A stretch of 64,000 nt of DNA from contig OZ218964.1 in the NCBI GenBank assembly GCA_965112735.1, positions 1 through 64,000 on the forward strand, written 5' to 3'. A model generated the notes under the pieces. That model searched no databases. It saw only the letters and a program-made list of their open reading frames with translations, and was not told the DNA's origin. The stretch's first letter is position 1; every line of letters starts with the position of its first letter. This DNA is from Phaeosaccion multiseriatum. Lineage: Eukaryota; Protista; Ochrophyta, other classes. Both the position numbers and the translations under genes were made by a program. Below, one piece after another: positions 1 through 11,770 of the stretch.

Positions 1-3000
1 GCCTGGCCTGGCCTGGCCTGGCCCTGGCCTGGCCTGGCCTGGCCTGGCTGGCCTGGCCTGGCCTGGCCTGGCCTGGCCTGGCCTGGCCTGGCCTGGCCTG
101 GCCTGGCCCTGGCCCTGGCCTGGCTGGCCTGGCCTGGCCTGGCCTGGCCTGGCCTGGCCTGGCCTGGCCTGGCCTGGCCTGGCCTGGCCTGGCCTGGCCT
201 GGCCTGGCCTGGCCTGGCCTGGCCTGGCCCTGGCCTGGCCTGGCCTGGCCTGGCCTGGCCTGGCCTGGCCTGGCCTGGCCTGGCCTGGCCTGGCCTGGCC
301 TGGCCTGGCCTGGCCTGGCCTGGCCTGGCCCTGGCCTGGCCTGGCCTGGCCTGGCCTGGCCCTGGCCTGGCCTGGCCTGGCCTGGCCTGGCCTGGCCTGG
401 CCTGGCCTGGCCTGGCCTGGCCTGGCCTGGCCTGGCCTGGCCTGGCCTGGCCTGGCCTGGCCTGGCCTGGCCTGGCCTGGCCTGGCCTGGCCTGGCCTGG
501 CCTGGCCTGGCCTGGCCTGGCCTGGCCTGGCCTGGCCTGGCCTGGCCTGGCCTGGCCTGGCCTGGCCTGGCCTGGCCTGGCCTGGCCTGGCCTGGCCTGG
601 CCTGGCCTGGCCTGGCCTGGCCTGGCCTGGCCTGGCCTGGCCTGGCCTGGCCTGGCCTGGCCTGGCCTGGCCTGGCCTGGCCTGGCCTGGCCTGGCCTGG
701 CCTGGCCTGGCCTGGCCTGGCCTGGCCTGGCCTGGCCTGGCCTGGCCTGGCCTGGCCTGGCCTGGCCTGGCCTGGCCTGGCCTGGCCTGGCCTGGCCTGG
801 CCTGGCCTGGCCTGGCCTGGCCTGGCCTGGCCTGGCCTGGCCTGGCCTGGCCTGGCCTGGCCTGGCCTGGCCTGGCCTGGCCTGGCCTGGCCTGGCCTGG
901 CCTGGCCTGGCCTGGCCTGGCCTGGCCTGGCCTGGCCTGGCCTGGCCTGGCCTGGCCTGGCCTGGCCTGGCCTGGCCTGGCCTGGCCTGGCCTGGCCTGG
1001 CCTGGCCTGGCCTGGCCTGGCCTGGCCTGGCCTGGCCTGGCCTGGCCTGGCCTGGCCTGGCCTGGCCTGGCCTGGCCTGGCCTGGCCTGGCCTGGCCTGG
1101 CCTGGCCTGGCCTGGCCTGGCCTGGCCTGGCCTGGCCTGGCCTGGCCTGGCCTGGCCTGGCCTGGCCTGGCCTGGCCTGGCCTGGCCTGGCCTGGCCTGG
1201 CCTGGCCTGGCCTGGCCTGGCCTGGCCTGGCCTGGCCTGGCCTGGCCTGGCCTGGCCTGGCCTGGCCTGGCCTGGCCTGGCCTGGCCTGGCCTGGCCTGG
1301 CCTGGCCTGGCCTGGCCTGGCCTGGCCTGGCCTGGCCTGGCCTGGCCTGGCCTGGCCTGGCCTGGCCTGGCCTGGCCTGGCCTGGCCTGGCCTGGCCTGG
1401 CCTGGCCTGGCCTGGCCTGGCCTGGCCTGGCCTGGCCTGGCCTGGCCTGGCCTGGCCTGGCCTGGCCTGGCCTGGCCTGGCCTGGCCTGGCCTGGCCTGG
1501 CCTGGCCTGGCCTGGCCTGGCCTGGCCTGGCCTGGCCTGGCCTGGCCTGGCCTGGCCTGGCCTGGCCTGGCCTGGCCTGGCCTGGCCTGGCCTGGCCTGG
1601 CCTGGCCTGGCCTGGCCTGGCCTGGCCTGGCCTGGCCTGGCCTGGCCTGGCCTGGCCTGGCCTGGCCTGGCCTGGCCTGGCCTGGCCTGGCCTGGCCTGG
1701 CCTGGCCTGGCCTGGCCTGGCCTGGCCTGGCCTGGCCTGGCCTGGCCTGGCCTGGCCTGGCCTGGCCTGGCCTGGCCTGGCCTGGCCTGGCCTGGCCTGG
1801 CCTGGCCTGGCCTGGCCTGGCCTGGCCTGGCCTGGCCTGGCCTGGCCTGGCCTGGCCTGGCCTGGCCTGGCCTGGCCTGGCCTGGCCTGGCCTGGCCTGG
1901 CCTGGCCTGGCCTGGCCTGGCCTGGCCTGGCCTGGCCTGGCCTGGCCTGGCCTGGCCTGGCCTGGCCTGGCCTGGCCTGGCCTGGCCTGGCCTGGCCTGG
2001 CCTGGCCTGGCCTGGCCTGGCCTGGCCTGGCCTGGCCTGGCCTGGCCTGGCCTGGCCTGGCCTGGCCTGGCCTGGCCTGGCCTGGCCTGGCCTGGCCTGG
2101 CCTGGCCTGGCCTGGCCTGGCCTGGCCTGGCCTGGCCTGGCCTGGCCTGGCCTGGCCTGGCCTGGCCTGGCCTGGCCTGGCCTGGCCTGGCCTGGCCTGG
2201 CCTGGCCTGGCCTGGCCTGGCCTGGCCTGGCCTGGCCTGGCCTGGCCTGGCCTGGCCTGGCCTGGCCTGGCCTGGCCTGGCCTGGCCTGGCCTGGCCTGG
2301 CCTGGCCTGGCCTGGCCTGGCCTGGCCTGGCCTGGCCTGGCCTGGCCTGGCCTGGCCTGGCCTGGCCTGGCCTGGCCTGGCCTGGCCTGGCCTGGCCTGG
2401 CCTGGCCTGGCCTGGCCTGGCCTGGCCTGGCCTGGCCTGGCCTGGCCTGGCCTGGCCTGGCCTGGCCTGGCCTGGCCTGGCCTGGCCTGGCCTGGCCTGG
2501 CCTGGCCTGGCCTGGCCTGGCCTGGCCTGGCCTGGCCTGGCCTGGCCTGGCCTGGCCTGGCCTGGCCTGGCCTGGCCTGGCCTGGCCTGGCCTGGCCTGG
2601 CCTGGCCTGGCCTGGCCTGGCCTGGCCTGGCCTGGCCTGGCCTGGCCTGGCCTGGCCTGGCCTGGCCTGGCCTGGCCTGGCCTGGCCTGGCCTGGCCTGG
2701 CCTGGCCTGGCCTGGCCTGGCCTGGCCTGGCCTGGCCTGGCCTGGCCTGGCCTGGCCTGGCCTGGCCTGGCCTGGCCTGGCCTGGCCTGGCCTGGCCTGG
2801 CCTGGCCTGGCCTGGCCTGGCCTGGCCTGGCCTGGCCTGGCCTGGCCTGGCCTGGCCTGGCCTGGCCTGGCCTGGCCTGGCCTGGCCTGGCCTGGCCTGG
2901 CCTGGCCTGGCCTGGCCTGGCCTGGCCTGGCCTGGCCTGGCCTGGCCTGGCCTGGCCTGGCCTGGCCTGGCCTGGCCTGGCCTGGCCTGGCCTGGCCTGG

Positions 3001-6000
3001 CCTGGCCTGGCCTGGCCTGGCCTGGCCTGGCCTGGCCTGGCCTGGCCTGGCCTGGCCTGGCCTGGCCTGGCCTGGCCTGGCCTGGCCTGGCCTGGCCTGG
3101 CCTGGCCTGGCCTGGCCTGGCCTGGCCTGGCCTGGCCTGGCCTGGCCTGGCCTGGCCTGGCCTGGCCTGGCCTGGCCTGGCCTGGCCTGGCCTGGCCTGG
3201 CCTGGCCTGGCCTGGCCTGGCCTGGCCTGGCCTGGCCTGGCCTGGCCTGGCCTGGCCTGGCCTGGCCTGGCCTGGCCTGGCCTGGCCTGGCCTGGCCTGG
3301 CCTGGCCTGGCCTGGCCTGGCCTGGCCTGGCCTGGCCTGGCCTGGCCTGGCCTGGCCTGGCCTGGCCTGGCCTGGCCTGGCCTGGCCTGGCCTGGCCTGG
3401 CCTGGCCTGGCCTGGCCTGGCCTGGCCTGGCCTGGCCTGGCCTGGCCTGGCCTGGCCTGGCCTGGCCTGGCCTGGCCTGGCCTGGCCTGGCCTGGCCTGG
3501 CCTGGCCTGGCCTGGCCTGGCCTGGCCTGGCCTGGCCTGGCCTGGCCTGGCCTGGCCTGGCCTGGCCTGGCCTGGCCTGGCCTGGCCTGGCCTGGCCTGG
3601 CCTGGCCTGGCCTGGCCTGGCCTGGCCTGGCCTGGCCTGGCCTGGCCTGGCCTGGCCTGGCCTGGCCTGGCCTGGCCTGGCCTGGCCTGGCCTGGCCTGG
3701 CCTGGCCTGGCCTGGCCTGGCCTGGCCTGGCCTGGCCTGGCCTGGCCTGGCCTGGCCTGGCCTGGCCTGGCCTGGCCTGGCCTGGCCTGGCCTGGCCTGG
3801 CCTGGCCTGGCCTGGCCTGGCCTGGCCTGGCCTGGCCTGGCCTGGCCTGGCCTGGCCTGGCCTGGCCTGGCCTGGCCTGGCCTGGCCTGGCCTGGCCTGG
3901 CCTGGCCTGGCCTGGCCTGGCCTGGCCTGGCCTGGCCTGGCCTGGCCTGGCCTGGCCTGGCCTGGCCTGGCCTGGCCTGGCCTGGCCTGGCCTGGCCTGG
4001 CCTGGCCTGGCCTGGCCTGGCCTGGCCTGGCCTGGCCTGGCCTGGCCTGGCCTGGCCTGGCCTGGCCTGGCCTGGCCTGGCCTGGCCTGGCCTGGCCTGG
4101 CCTGGCCTGGCCTGGCCTGGCCTGGCCTGGCCTGGCCTGGCCTGGCCTGGCCTGGCCTGGCCTGGCCTGGCCTGGCCTGGCCTGGCCTGGCCTGGCCTGG
4201 CCTGGCCTGGCCTGGCCTGGCCTGGCCTGGCCTGGCCTGGCCTGGCCTGGCCTGGCCTGGCCTGGCCTGGCCTGGCCTGGCCTGGCCTGGCCTGGCCTGG
4301 CCTGGCCTGGCCTGGCCTGGCCTGGCCTGGCCTGGCCTGGCCTGGCCTGGCCTGGCCTGGCCTGGCCTGGCCTGGCCTGGCCTGGCCTGGCCTGGCCTGG
4401 CCTGGCCTGGCCTGGCCTGGCCTGGCCTGGCCTGGCCTGGCCTGGCCTGGCCTGGCCTGGCCTGGCCTGGCCTGGCCTGGCCTGGCCTGGCCTGGCCTGG
4501 CCTGGCCTGGCCTGGCCTGGCCTGGCCTGGCCTGGCCTGGCCTGGCCTGGCCTGGCCTGGCCTGGCCTGGCCTGGCCTGGCCTGGCCTGGCCTGGCCTGG
4601 CCTGGCCTGGCCTGGCCTGGCCTGGCCTGGCCTGGCCTGGCCTGGCCTGGCCTGGCCTGGCCTGGCCTGGCCTGGCCTGGCCTGGCCTGGCCTGGCCTGG
4701 CCTGGCCTGGCCTGGCCTGGCCTGGCCTGGCCTGGCCTGGCCTGGCCTGGCCTGGCCTGGCCTGGCCTGGCCTGGCCTGGCCTGGCCTGGCCTGGCCTGG
4801 CCTGGCCTGGCCTGGCCTGGCCTGGCCTGGCCTGGCCTGGCCTGGCCTGGCCTGGCCTGGCCTGGCCTGGCCTGGCCTGGCCTGGCCTGGCCTGGCCTGG
4901 CCTGGCCTGGCCTGGCCTGGCCTGGCCTGGCCTGGCCTGGCCTGGCCTGGCCTGGCCTGGCCTGGCCTGGCCTGGCCTGGCCTGGCCTGGCCTGGCCTGG
5001 CCTGGCCTGGCCTGGCCTGGCCTGGCCTGGCCTGGCCTGGCCTGGCCTGGCCTGGCCTGGCCTGGCCTGGCCTGGCCTGGCCTGGCCTGGCCTGGCCTGG
5101 CCTGGCCTGGCCTGGCCTGGCCTGGCCTGGCCTGGCCTGGCCTGGCCTGGCCTGGCCTGGCCTGGCCTGGCCTGGCCTGGCCTGGCCTGGCCTGGCCTGG
5201 CCTGGCCTGGCCTGGCCTGGCCTGGCCTGGCCTGGCCTGGCCTGGCCTGGCCTGGCCTGGCCTGGCCTGGCCTGGCCTGGCCTGGCCTGGCCTGGCCTGG
5301 CCTGGCCTGGCCTGGCCTGGCCTGGCCTGGCCTGGCCTGGCCTGGCCTGGCCTGGCCTGGCCTGGCCTGGCCTGGCCTGGCCTGGCCTGGCCTGGCCTGG
5401 CCTGGCCTGGCCTGGCCTGGCCTGGCCTGGCCTGGCCTGGCCTGGCCTGGCCTGGCCTGGCCTGGCCTGGCCTGGCCTGGCCTGGCCTGGCCTGGCCTGG
5501 CCTGGCCTGGCCTGGCCTGGCCTGGCCTGGCCTGGCCTGGCCTGGCCTGGCCTGGCCTGGCCTGGCCTGGCCTGGCCTGGCCTGGCCTGGCCTGGCCTGG
5601 CCTGGCCTGGCCTGGCCTGGCCTGGCCTGGCCTGGCCTGGCCTGGCCTGGCCTGGCCTGGCCTGGCCTGGCCTGGCCTGGCCTGGCCTGGCCTGGCCTGG
5701 CCTGGCCTGGCCTGGCCTGGCCTGGCCTGGCCTGGCCTGGCCTGGCCTGGCCTGGCCTGGCCTGGCCTGGCCTGGCCTGGCCTGGCCTGGCCTGGCCTGG
5801 CCTGGCCTGGCCTGGCCTGGCCTGGCCTGGCCTGGCCTGGCCTGGCCTGGCCTGGCCTGGCCTGGCCTGGCCTGGCCTGGCCTGGCCTGGCCTGGCCTGG
5901 CCTGGCCTGGCCTGGCCTGGCCTGGCCTGGCCTGGCCTGGCCTGGCCTGGCCTGGCCTGGCCTGGCCTGGCCTGGCCTGGCCTGGCCTGGCCTGGCCTGG

Positions 6001-7780
6001 CCTGGCCTGGCCTGGCCTGGCCTGGCCTGGCCTGGCCTGGCCTGGCCTGGCCTGGCCTGGCCTGGCCTGGCCTGGCCTGGCCTGGCCTGGCCTGGCCTGG
6101 CCTGGCCTGGCCTGGCCTGGCCTGGCCTGGCCTGGCCTGGCCTGGCCTGGCCTGGCCTGGCCTGGCCTGGCCTGGCCTGGCCTGGCCTGGCCTGGCCTGG
6201 CCTGGCCTGGCCTGGCCTGGCCTGGCCTGGCCTGGCCTGGCCTGGCCTGGCCTGGCCTGGCCTGGCCTGGCCTGGCCTGGCCTGGCCTGGCCTGGCCTGG
6301 CCTGGCCTGGCCTGGCCTGGCCTGGCCTGGCCTGGCCTGGCCTGGCCTGGCCTGGCCTGGCCTGGCCTGGCCTGGCCTGGCCTGGCCTGGCCTGGCCTGG
6401 CCTGGCCTGGCCTGGCCTGGCCTGGCCTGGCCTGGCCTGGCCTGGCCTGGCCTGGCCTGGCCTGGCCTGGCCTGGCCTGGCCTGGCCTGGCCTGGCCTGG
6501 CCTGGCCTGGCCTGGCCTGGCCTGGCCTGGCCTGGCCTGGCCTGGCCTGGCCTGGCCTGGCCTGGCCTGGCCTGGCCTGGCCTGGCCTGGCCTGGCCTGG
6601 CCTGGCCTGGCCTGGCCTGGCCTGGCCTGGCCTGGCCTGGCCTGGCCTGGCCTGGCCTGGCCTGGCCTGGCCTGGCCTGGCCTGGCCTGGCCTGGCCTGG
6701 CCTGGCCTGGCCTGGCCTGGCCTGGCCTGGCCTGGCCTGGCCTGGCCTGGCCTGGCCTGGCCTGGCCTGGCCTGGCCTGGCCTGGCCTGGCCTGGCCTGG
6801 CCTGGCCTGGCCTGGCCTGGCCTGGCCTGGCCTGGCCTGGCCTGGCCTGGCCTGGCCTGGCCTGGCCTGGCCTGGCCTGGCCTGGCCTGGCCTGGCCTGG
6901 CCTGGCCTGGCCTGGCCTGGCCTGGCCTGGCCTGGCCTGGCCTGGCCTGGCCTGGCCTGGCCTGGCCTGGCCTGGCCTGGCCTGGCCTGGCCTGGCCTGG
7001 CCTGGCCTGGCCTGGCCTGGCCTGGCCTGGCCTGGCCTGGCCTGGCCTGGCCTGGCCTGGCCTGGCCTGGCCTGGCCTGGCCTGGCCTGGCCTGGCCTGG
7101 CCTGGCCTGGCCTGGCCTGGCCTGGCCTGGCCTGGCCTGGCCTGGCCTGGCCTGGCCTGGCCTGGCCTGGCCTGGCCTGGCCTGGCCTGGCCTGGCCTGG
7201 CCTGGCCTGGCCTGGCCTGGCCTGGCCTGGCCTGGCCTGGCCTGGCCTGGCCTGGCCTGGCCTGGCCTGGCCTGGCCTGGCCTGGCCTGGCCTGGCCTGG
7301 CCTGGCCTGGCCTGGCCTGGCCTGGCCTGGCCTGGCCTGGCCTGGCCTGGCCTGGCCTGGCCTGGCCTGGCCTGGCCTGGCCTGGCCTGGCCTGGCCTGG
7401 CCTGGCCTGGCCTGGCCTGGCCTGGCCTGGCCTGGCCTGGCCTGGCCTGGCCTGGCCTGGCCTGGCCTGGCCTGGCCTGGCCTGGCCTGGCCTGGCCTGG
7501 CCTGGCCTGGCCTGGCCTGGCCTGGCCTGGCCTGGCCTGGCCTGGCCTGGCCTGGCCTGGCCTGGCCTGGCCTGGCCTGGCCCTGGCCCTGGCCTGGCCC
7601 TGGCCTGGCCTGGCCTGGCCTGGCCTGGCCTGGCCTGGCCTGGCCTGGCCTGGCCTGGCCTGGCCTGGCCTGGCCTGGCCTGGCCCTGGCCCTGGCCCTG
7701 GCCTGGCCTGGCCTGGCCTGGCCTGGCCTGGCCCTGGCCCTGGCCCTGGCCTGGCCTGGCCTGGCCTGGCCCTGGCCTGG
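1..7780. repeat. (CCTGG)n terminal tandem array with scattered CCCTGG variants; telomere-position repeat, possibly miscalled (CCCTAA)n
   Basis: Near-perfect 5-bp periodicity from the window start. CCCTGG variants cluster at 1-365 and 7580-7780. The array runs directly into CCCTAA repeats. Confidence 0.9.
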
Positions 7781-7821
7781 CCTAACCCTAACCCTAACCC
7801 TAACCCTAACCCTAACCCTAA
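7781..7821. repeat. Canonical telomeric repeat: CCTAA + (CCCTAA)6, C-rich strand of a left chromosome end
   Basis: Sequence cctaa-ccctaa x6 at 7781-7821. Confidence 0.95.
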
Positions 7822-8305
7822 GGAAATATTATACATTAGGCAGGTATTGAGTTTCTTGTTCCCTGATGACTCGTCGAAGGCGACAGTTGTTTTTGAGGAC
7901 AACATGGGGTGTATCAAGCTGGCAGAGAGCAATGCATCGACGCGGAGGATGAAGCACATTGATGTTCGGTTTCATTTTCTGCAAGACGCAGTGAAGGAGG
8001 CTCTTATTGCATTTGAGTACGTGGCTTCGAAGGCGCAGTTGGCTGACCTTTTGACGAAGCATGTGACCCCGGCAGTACTTGTAGCTTTACGTGAAAAGAT
8101 GATGGGTTTTAGGGCGTAGTTAGCGGAATGGACAGTACCAGGCGAGGAGGTGTGTTGAGATAAATCGATGTCGACACTAGATATCGATCTCATATCGCTG
8201 GTACAAGTCCGTTCACTTCTTCTTTTAGTGTTATGTAGCTAATAAGACGCTTTCCCACACTCGTGCAAGTACGACACTAGTCTCCAGGAGGGAGATATCC
8301 CAACA
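7820..8305 (+). mobile_element. 3' remnant of a Ty1/copia LTR retrotransposon (RNase H C-terminus, PPT, 3' LTR)
   Basis: Frame from 7820 reads KEILYIRQVLSFL...VFEDNMGCIKL...RRMKHIDVRFHFL...QLADLLTK to a stop at 8119, matching copia RNase H motifs. Purine tract ggcgaggagg at 8141-8150. LTR runs TGTTG (8153) ... CAACA (8305). Confidence 0.9.
8153..8305 (+). repeat. Putative short (~153 bp) 3' LTR
   Basis: TGTTG...CAACA termini immediately after the PPT. Only one copy is in the window. Confidence 0.7.
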
Positions 8306-8647
8306 TGAGCTCTACCATAACAGCGCGGATTATTGTACAGAGGCGGCGGCAACTCAGGAGCAATGTGCGTGGGTGCTGCGTGCGTGCGTGTGGGTGAGTG
8401 GGTGCGAGGTCCACGTCGACTCCACTAGCTGTCGACGATACCCTAATCCTACCGGTACCTACTTGCGGGTGAGGCGTGTCTTGAGATGAGCAGTTGATTT
8501 GCCAGAATTGCACGGTCCTCTGGGGACATTTTTTTTTCGCCTTTCGCTTTTTTGGGCCCGGCCCTCGGCCACGGGAGGCTTAGAATCTATAGAAATTAGA
8601 CCCCCTTGCCTCGACGGTGCGTAAAGTGGGCCCATTACATTACCACC

Positions 8648-10472
8648 ATGTCGCGATCGTCGCGGCATCTCCTACTGTTTTGTCTCCCCGCGTTGGCCAC
8701 TTGCTTCCTCCCGCCTTGCCGAGTCCCGTCAGGCACCAAATTGGGGGGAGCATCAACAGCAGCAGTAGCAACAGCAGCACCAGCAGCGACGGGCGAAGTT
8801 AGAACACCGACCCAAACAACCCCCACCATGGAGCCTTTGTCGGACCGCTTTGAAGTACTGGGCTTTCACAGTATAGAGCTGTACTGCGGTGACGCGTCCA
8901 ACACGGCGCGTCGGTTCATGGTGGGTCTGGGTATGCCACTGGTGGCGCGCTCGGACATGTCTACGGGAAATACTATGCATGCCAGCCATGTGTTGCAAAG
9001 CAATGACCTCTGCTTCGTGTTTACAGCTCCGTATGGTGTGGCTGCTGCGGACGAGGCAGATGCGCAAGGTGGTGACGAGCAGGACGCCTCGACAAGCATG
9101 CCTGGCTTCGATGGTGGCCTTGCCCACAGCTTCTTTCGAGAGCACGGACTTGGGGTCCGGGCCATTGGTCTCAAAGTCAAGTGCGCCAAGACGGCTTTTC
9201 AGGAGTTTACTGGCAGCGGAGGTGTGGGGGTGCTGGACCCGGTGGAAGTGGTGGATGCGGCTGGTCTGGGATCCGTGGTTGTCTCCGAAGTGGCGGCGTA
9301 CGGAGACGTGGTGCTCAGATTCATTTCCGATGACGGGGATGGGCAGGAGGGCCAAGCATACACCGGGCCTTTCCTGCCAAACTTTCAAGCTGTGGAGACT
9401 ACTACTAGTACCGCTTTCCAAGATTTCGGGCTTCAGGTAGGCGAGAATCCCAGCCCCTCCTGATCATCGTTAGTCCTCTCCCTCACTCGCTCACCACTAG
9501 TTACGGCCCTTTGCCTCGCGCCCCTGGCTTGCGTCCCAATGCAGCGACTTGATCATGCGGCTGGAAATGTATGCAACAGGGCGGAAACTGTAGAGTATCT
9601 GATCAATGGCGTGGGGGTTCACGAGTTTGCGGAGTACGTCGCTGACGATGTGGGAACGCTCGACAGCGGCCTGAACTCCGTCGTCCTGGCCACCAAGGAC
9701 GATATGGTACTGCTCCCCGTTCAGGAGCCGACATTCGGTACACGCAGGAAGAGCCAGATTCAGACCTACTTGGAGCAAAATCGAGGACCTGGTAAGAAGC
9801 TGCTGAGCAAGGCGGGGGGGATTGCTGCTGTTTGCTTGCACCCGTTTTACACTGCCGCACGTGCTTTTTTGACGTCGACATGCAGGTGTGCAGCATCTGG
9901 CCCTCAAGACGGACGACATTTTCACCACAGTGAGGCGCATGCGAGCAGCCTCGTGCATGGGAGGAATGGAATTTATGCCGAGCCCGGGTCCCAGCTATTA
10001 CCGTGACCTTCCTAGCCGCGTTCCCAGCTTGACGAAAGACGAGCTCACACAGATCGAGGTTAGTAGGCGATAGCCATATGATGATAGAGAGAGGAGGAGC
10101 GCTAATACGTCACCCGCCCCGCCCCCCATCACAAATGACCACAGGAGTTGGGCCTGCTTGCCGACGAAGCTGACGACGAAGGTATTCTTTTGCAAATCTT
10201 CACCAAACCGGTGAGTGGTTGCCGGGTTGCAGTCCAGATCTCTTCTTTTTCGCAGCTTGCCCCCACTCACCACAGCCAGTCTCTTTGGTAACAATCAGGT
10301 GGGCGACCGTGCCACCTTCTTTCTCGAAATCATTCAGCGAACGGGATGCATGGTGGAGCAAGAGGACGGCTCCTTGCAGCAGAAAGGCGGGTGTGGAGGG
10401 TTCGGAAAGGGCAACTTCAAGGCCCTATTCAGTCAAGTCGAAGAATTGTTCAGCAAGAGCGCCTCAGCCTAG
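8648..10472 (+). CDS. HPD: 4-hydroxyphenylpyruvate dioxygenase, 5 exons, probable plastid presequence
   Basis: Exons 8648-9436, 9545-9791, 9886-10058, 10145-10210, 10299-10472 with GT-AG introns. Motifs FHSIELYCGDA, LDHAAGN, SGLNSVVL, KSQIQTYLE, GPGVQHLAL, LLQIFTKP, FLEIIQR, GGFGKGNF. N-terminus has a hydrophobic stretch then ATC-F. Confidence 0.95.
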
Positions 10473-10978
10473 ATGGGGGCGATGCCAACGGAAGGGCGTC
10501 ATCCCACGCCGGCTGGCGCAGGTGCGCAGGGACTACAGTGTGGTAGAGCTACCTCCCTTGGCCTAAGAGTGGGAAGGTACTCCCAAGCTGAGCGCTAACG
10601 TCCCGGTCCCAAAGAGAGAGTGAGGAGAAGTGATACTGAATCCAAGTGTATTAGAGACTAGGGCTTGATCCACCCAATGACCCTGGAAGCTTCCTTGTGT
10701 TTGAAGGAAGCTTTCCACTTGGTCTTTAGGGTCCGGATACTGAGGCAGGGGCCAACCAGCCCCAGCCAGGCTCCGTCAGCCTAATTGACACCTAAATTCT
10801 AACTACATACTAAATACGTAATTGAGCCCTGTAAAACGACATGCACTGTCGCCTACAGATAGGATAGAGCTAGACACACGGACAAGGTAACAGCAACCAC
10901 CTACGCACATGGGATAGTGAGAGCCCAGGCCACCCGTTCTCACTATACTGGCGTTGATAGCGTGTGCCACAACCTCAC

Positions 10979-11770
10979 CGTGCTTGCTCGCCTGCCCAAT
11001 CATGGACGTGAACACGTCGCCGCGCGGGGGGGCAAATCCTGTGGAGGTGTGCCCTGCGACGAGTGGGACCCTGTATACACTGACGTCCAGGCCCTCCTGC
11101 CCTGCCTGCATTACGAGCTTCTCTGCTACCCACTGCGGGGTTTGGGGGAAACGAGACAAACAGCGAGAAGGTGAGCATAGCGTGATAAGAGGGGAGAGTA
11201 AGGCAGTACTGCCTTTGATCGTACCTTGCTTTGGGAGTACCCGAGCTGCTTGCCGAGCGCGCACCCCGAGGCAGGAGCTGCAGTCATGTCTCCCAAGGGC
11301 GCGTCGGCGGGCATCCTCCCGTCCTCGTTGGCCATGTCCGGAGTAAGAACAGCTATTGTGGACACCATGTGCAGCGTCTTCAAAGAATTCGTAGCAGCGA
11401 AGCTGAGCACATGAAGAGTCCCCAGTACGTTCGGCGCGAACAGCTGCGCATAGCTCTTGGAGTAGCTGAGGAGAGCGGCCGAGTGGTAAACGAGAGTCAC
11501 TGTGCTGGCCAGGCGCTGATACACCTCTTTGGAAAGCCCGAGAGATGGAGAAGTGATATTCCCCTCGTAGACCATCAGCCTTCCTCTTTCCGACTCGCGC
11601 AGAGTAAGGTTGGCTTCTTTCAAGCCGAACAGAGTGCGCTGCATGGCGTCCTTATCATCCAAAGCGCGAACAATGCAGTGCACAGTCGACTGAGGGTGAG
11701 CCTGCAGCAAGTCCACCAGCAGATACCGCCCTACGAACCCTGTCACGCCTGTGAGCAGGATGGACTCTGC
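10979..11770 (-). other. PKS region: terminal thioester reductase (extended SDR) domain, C-terminal part not found
   Basis: ILLTGVTGFVGRYLL, HCIVRA, GNITSPSLGL, YHSAA, PNVLGT, VST, GYSQSK | intron 11133-11224 | WVAEKLV..YRVPLVAG. Confidence 0.82.
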
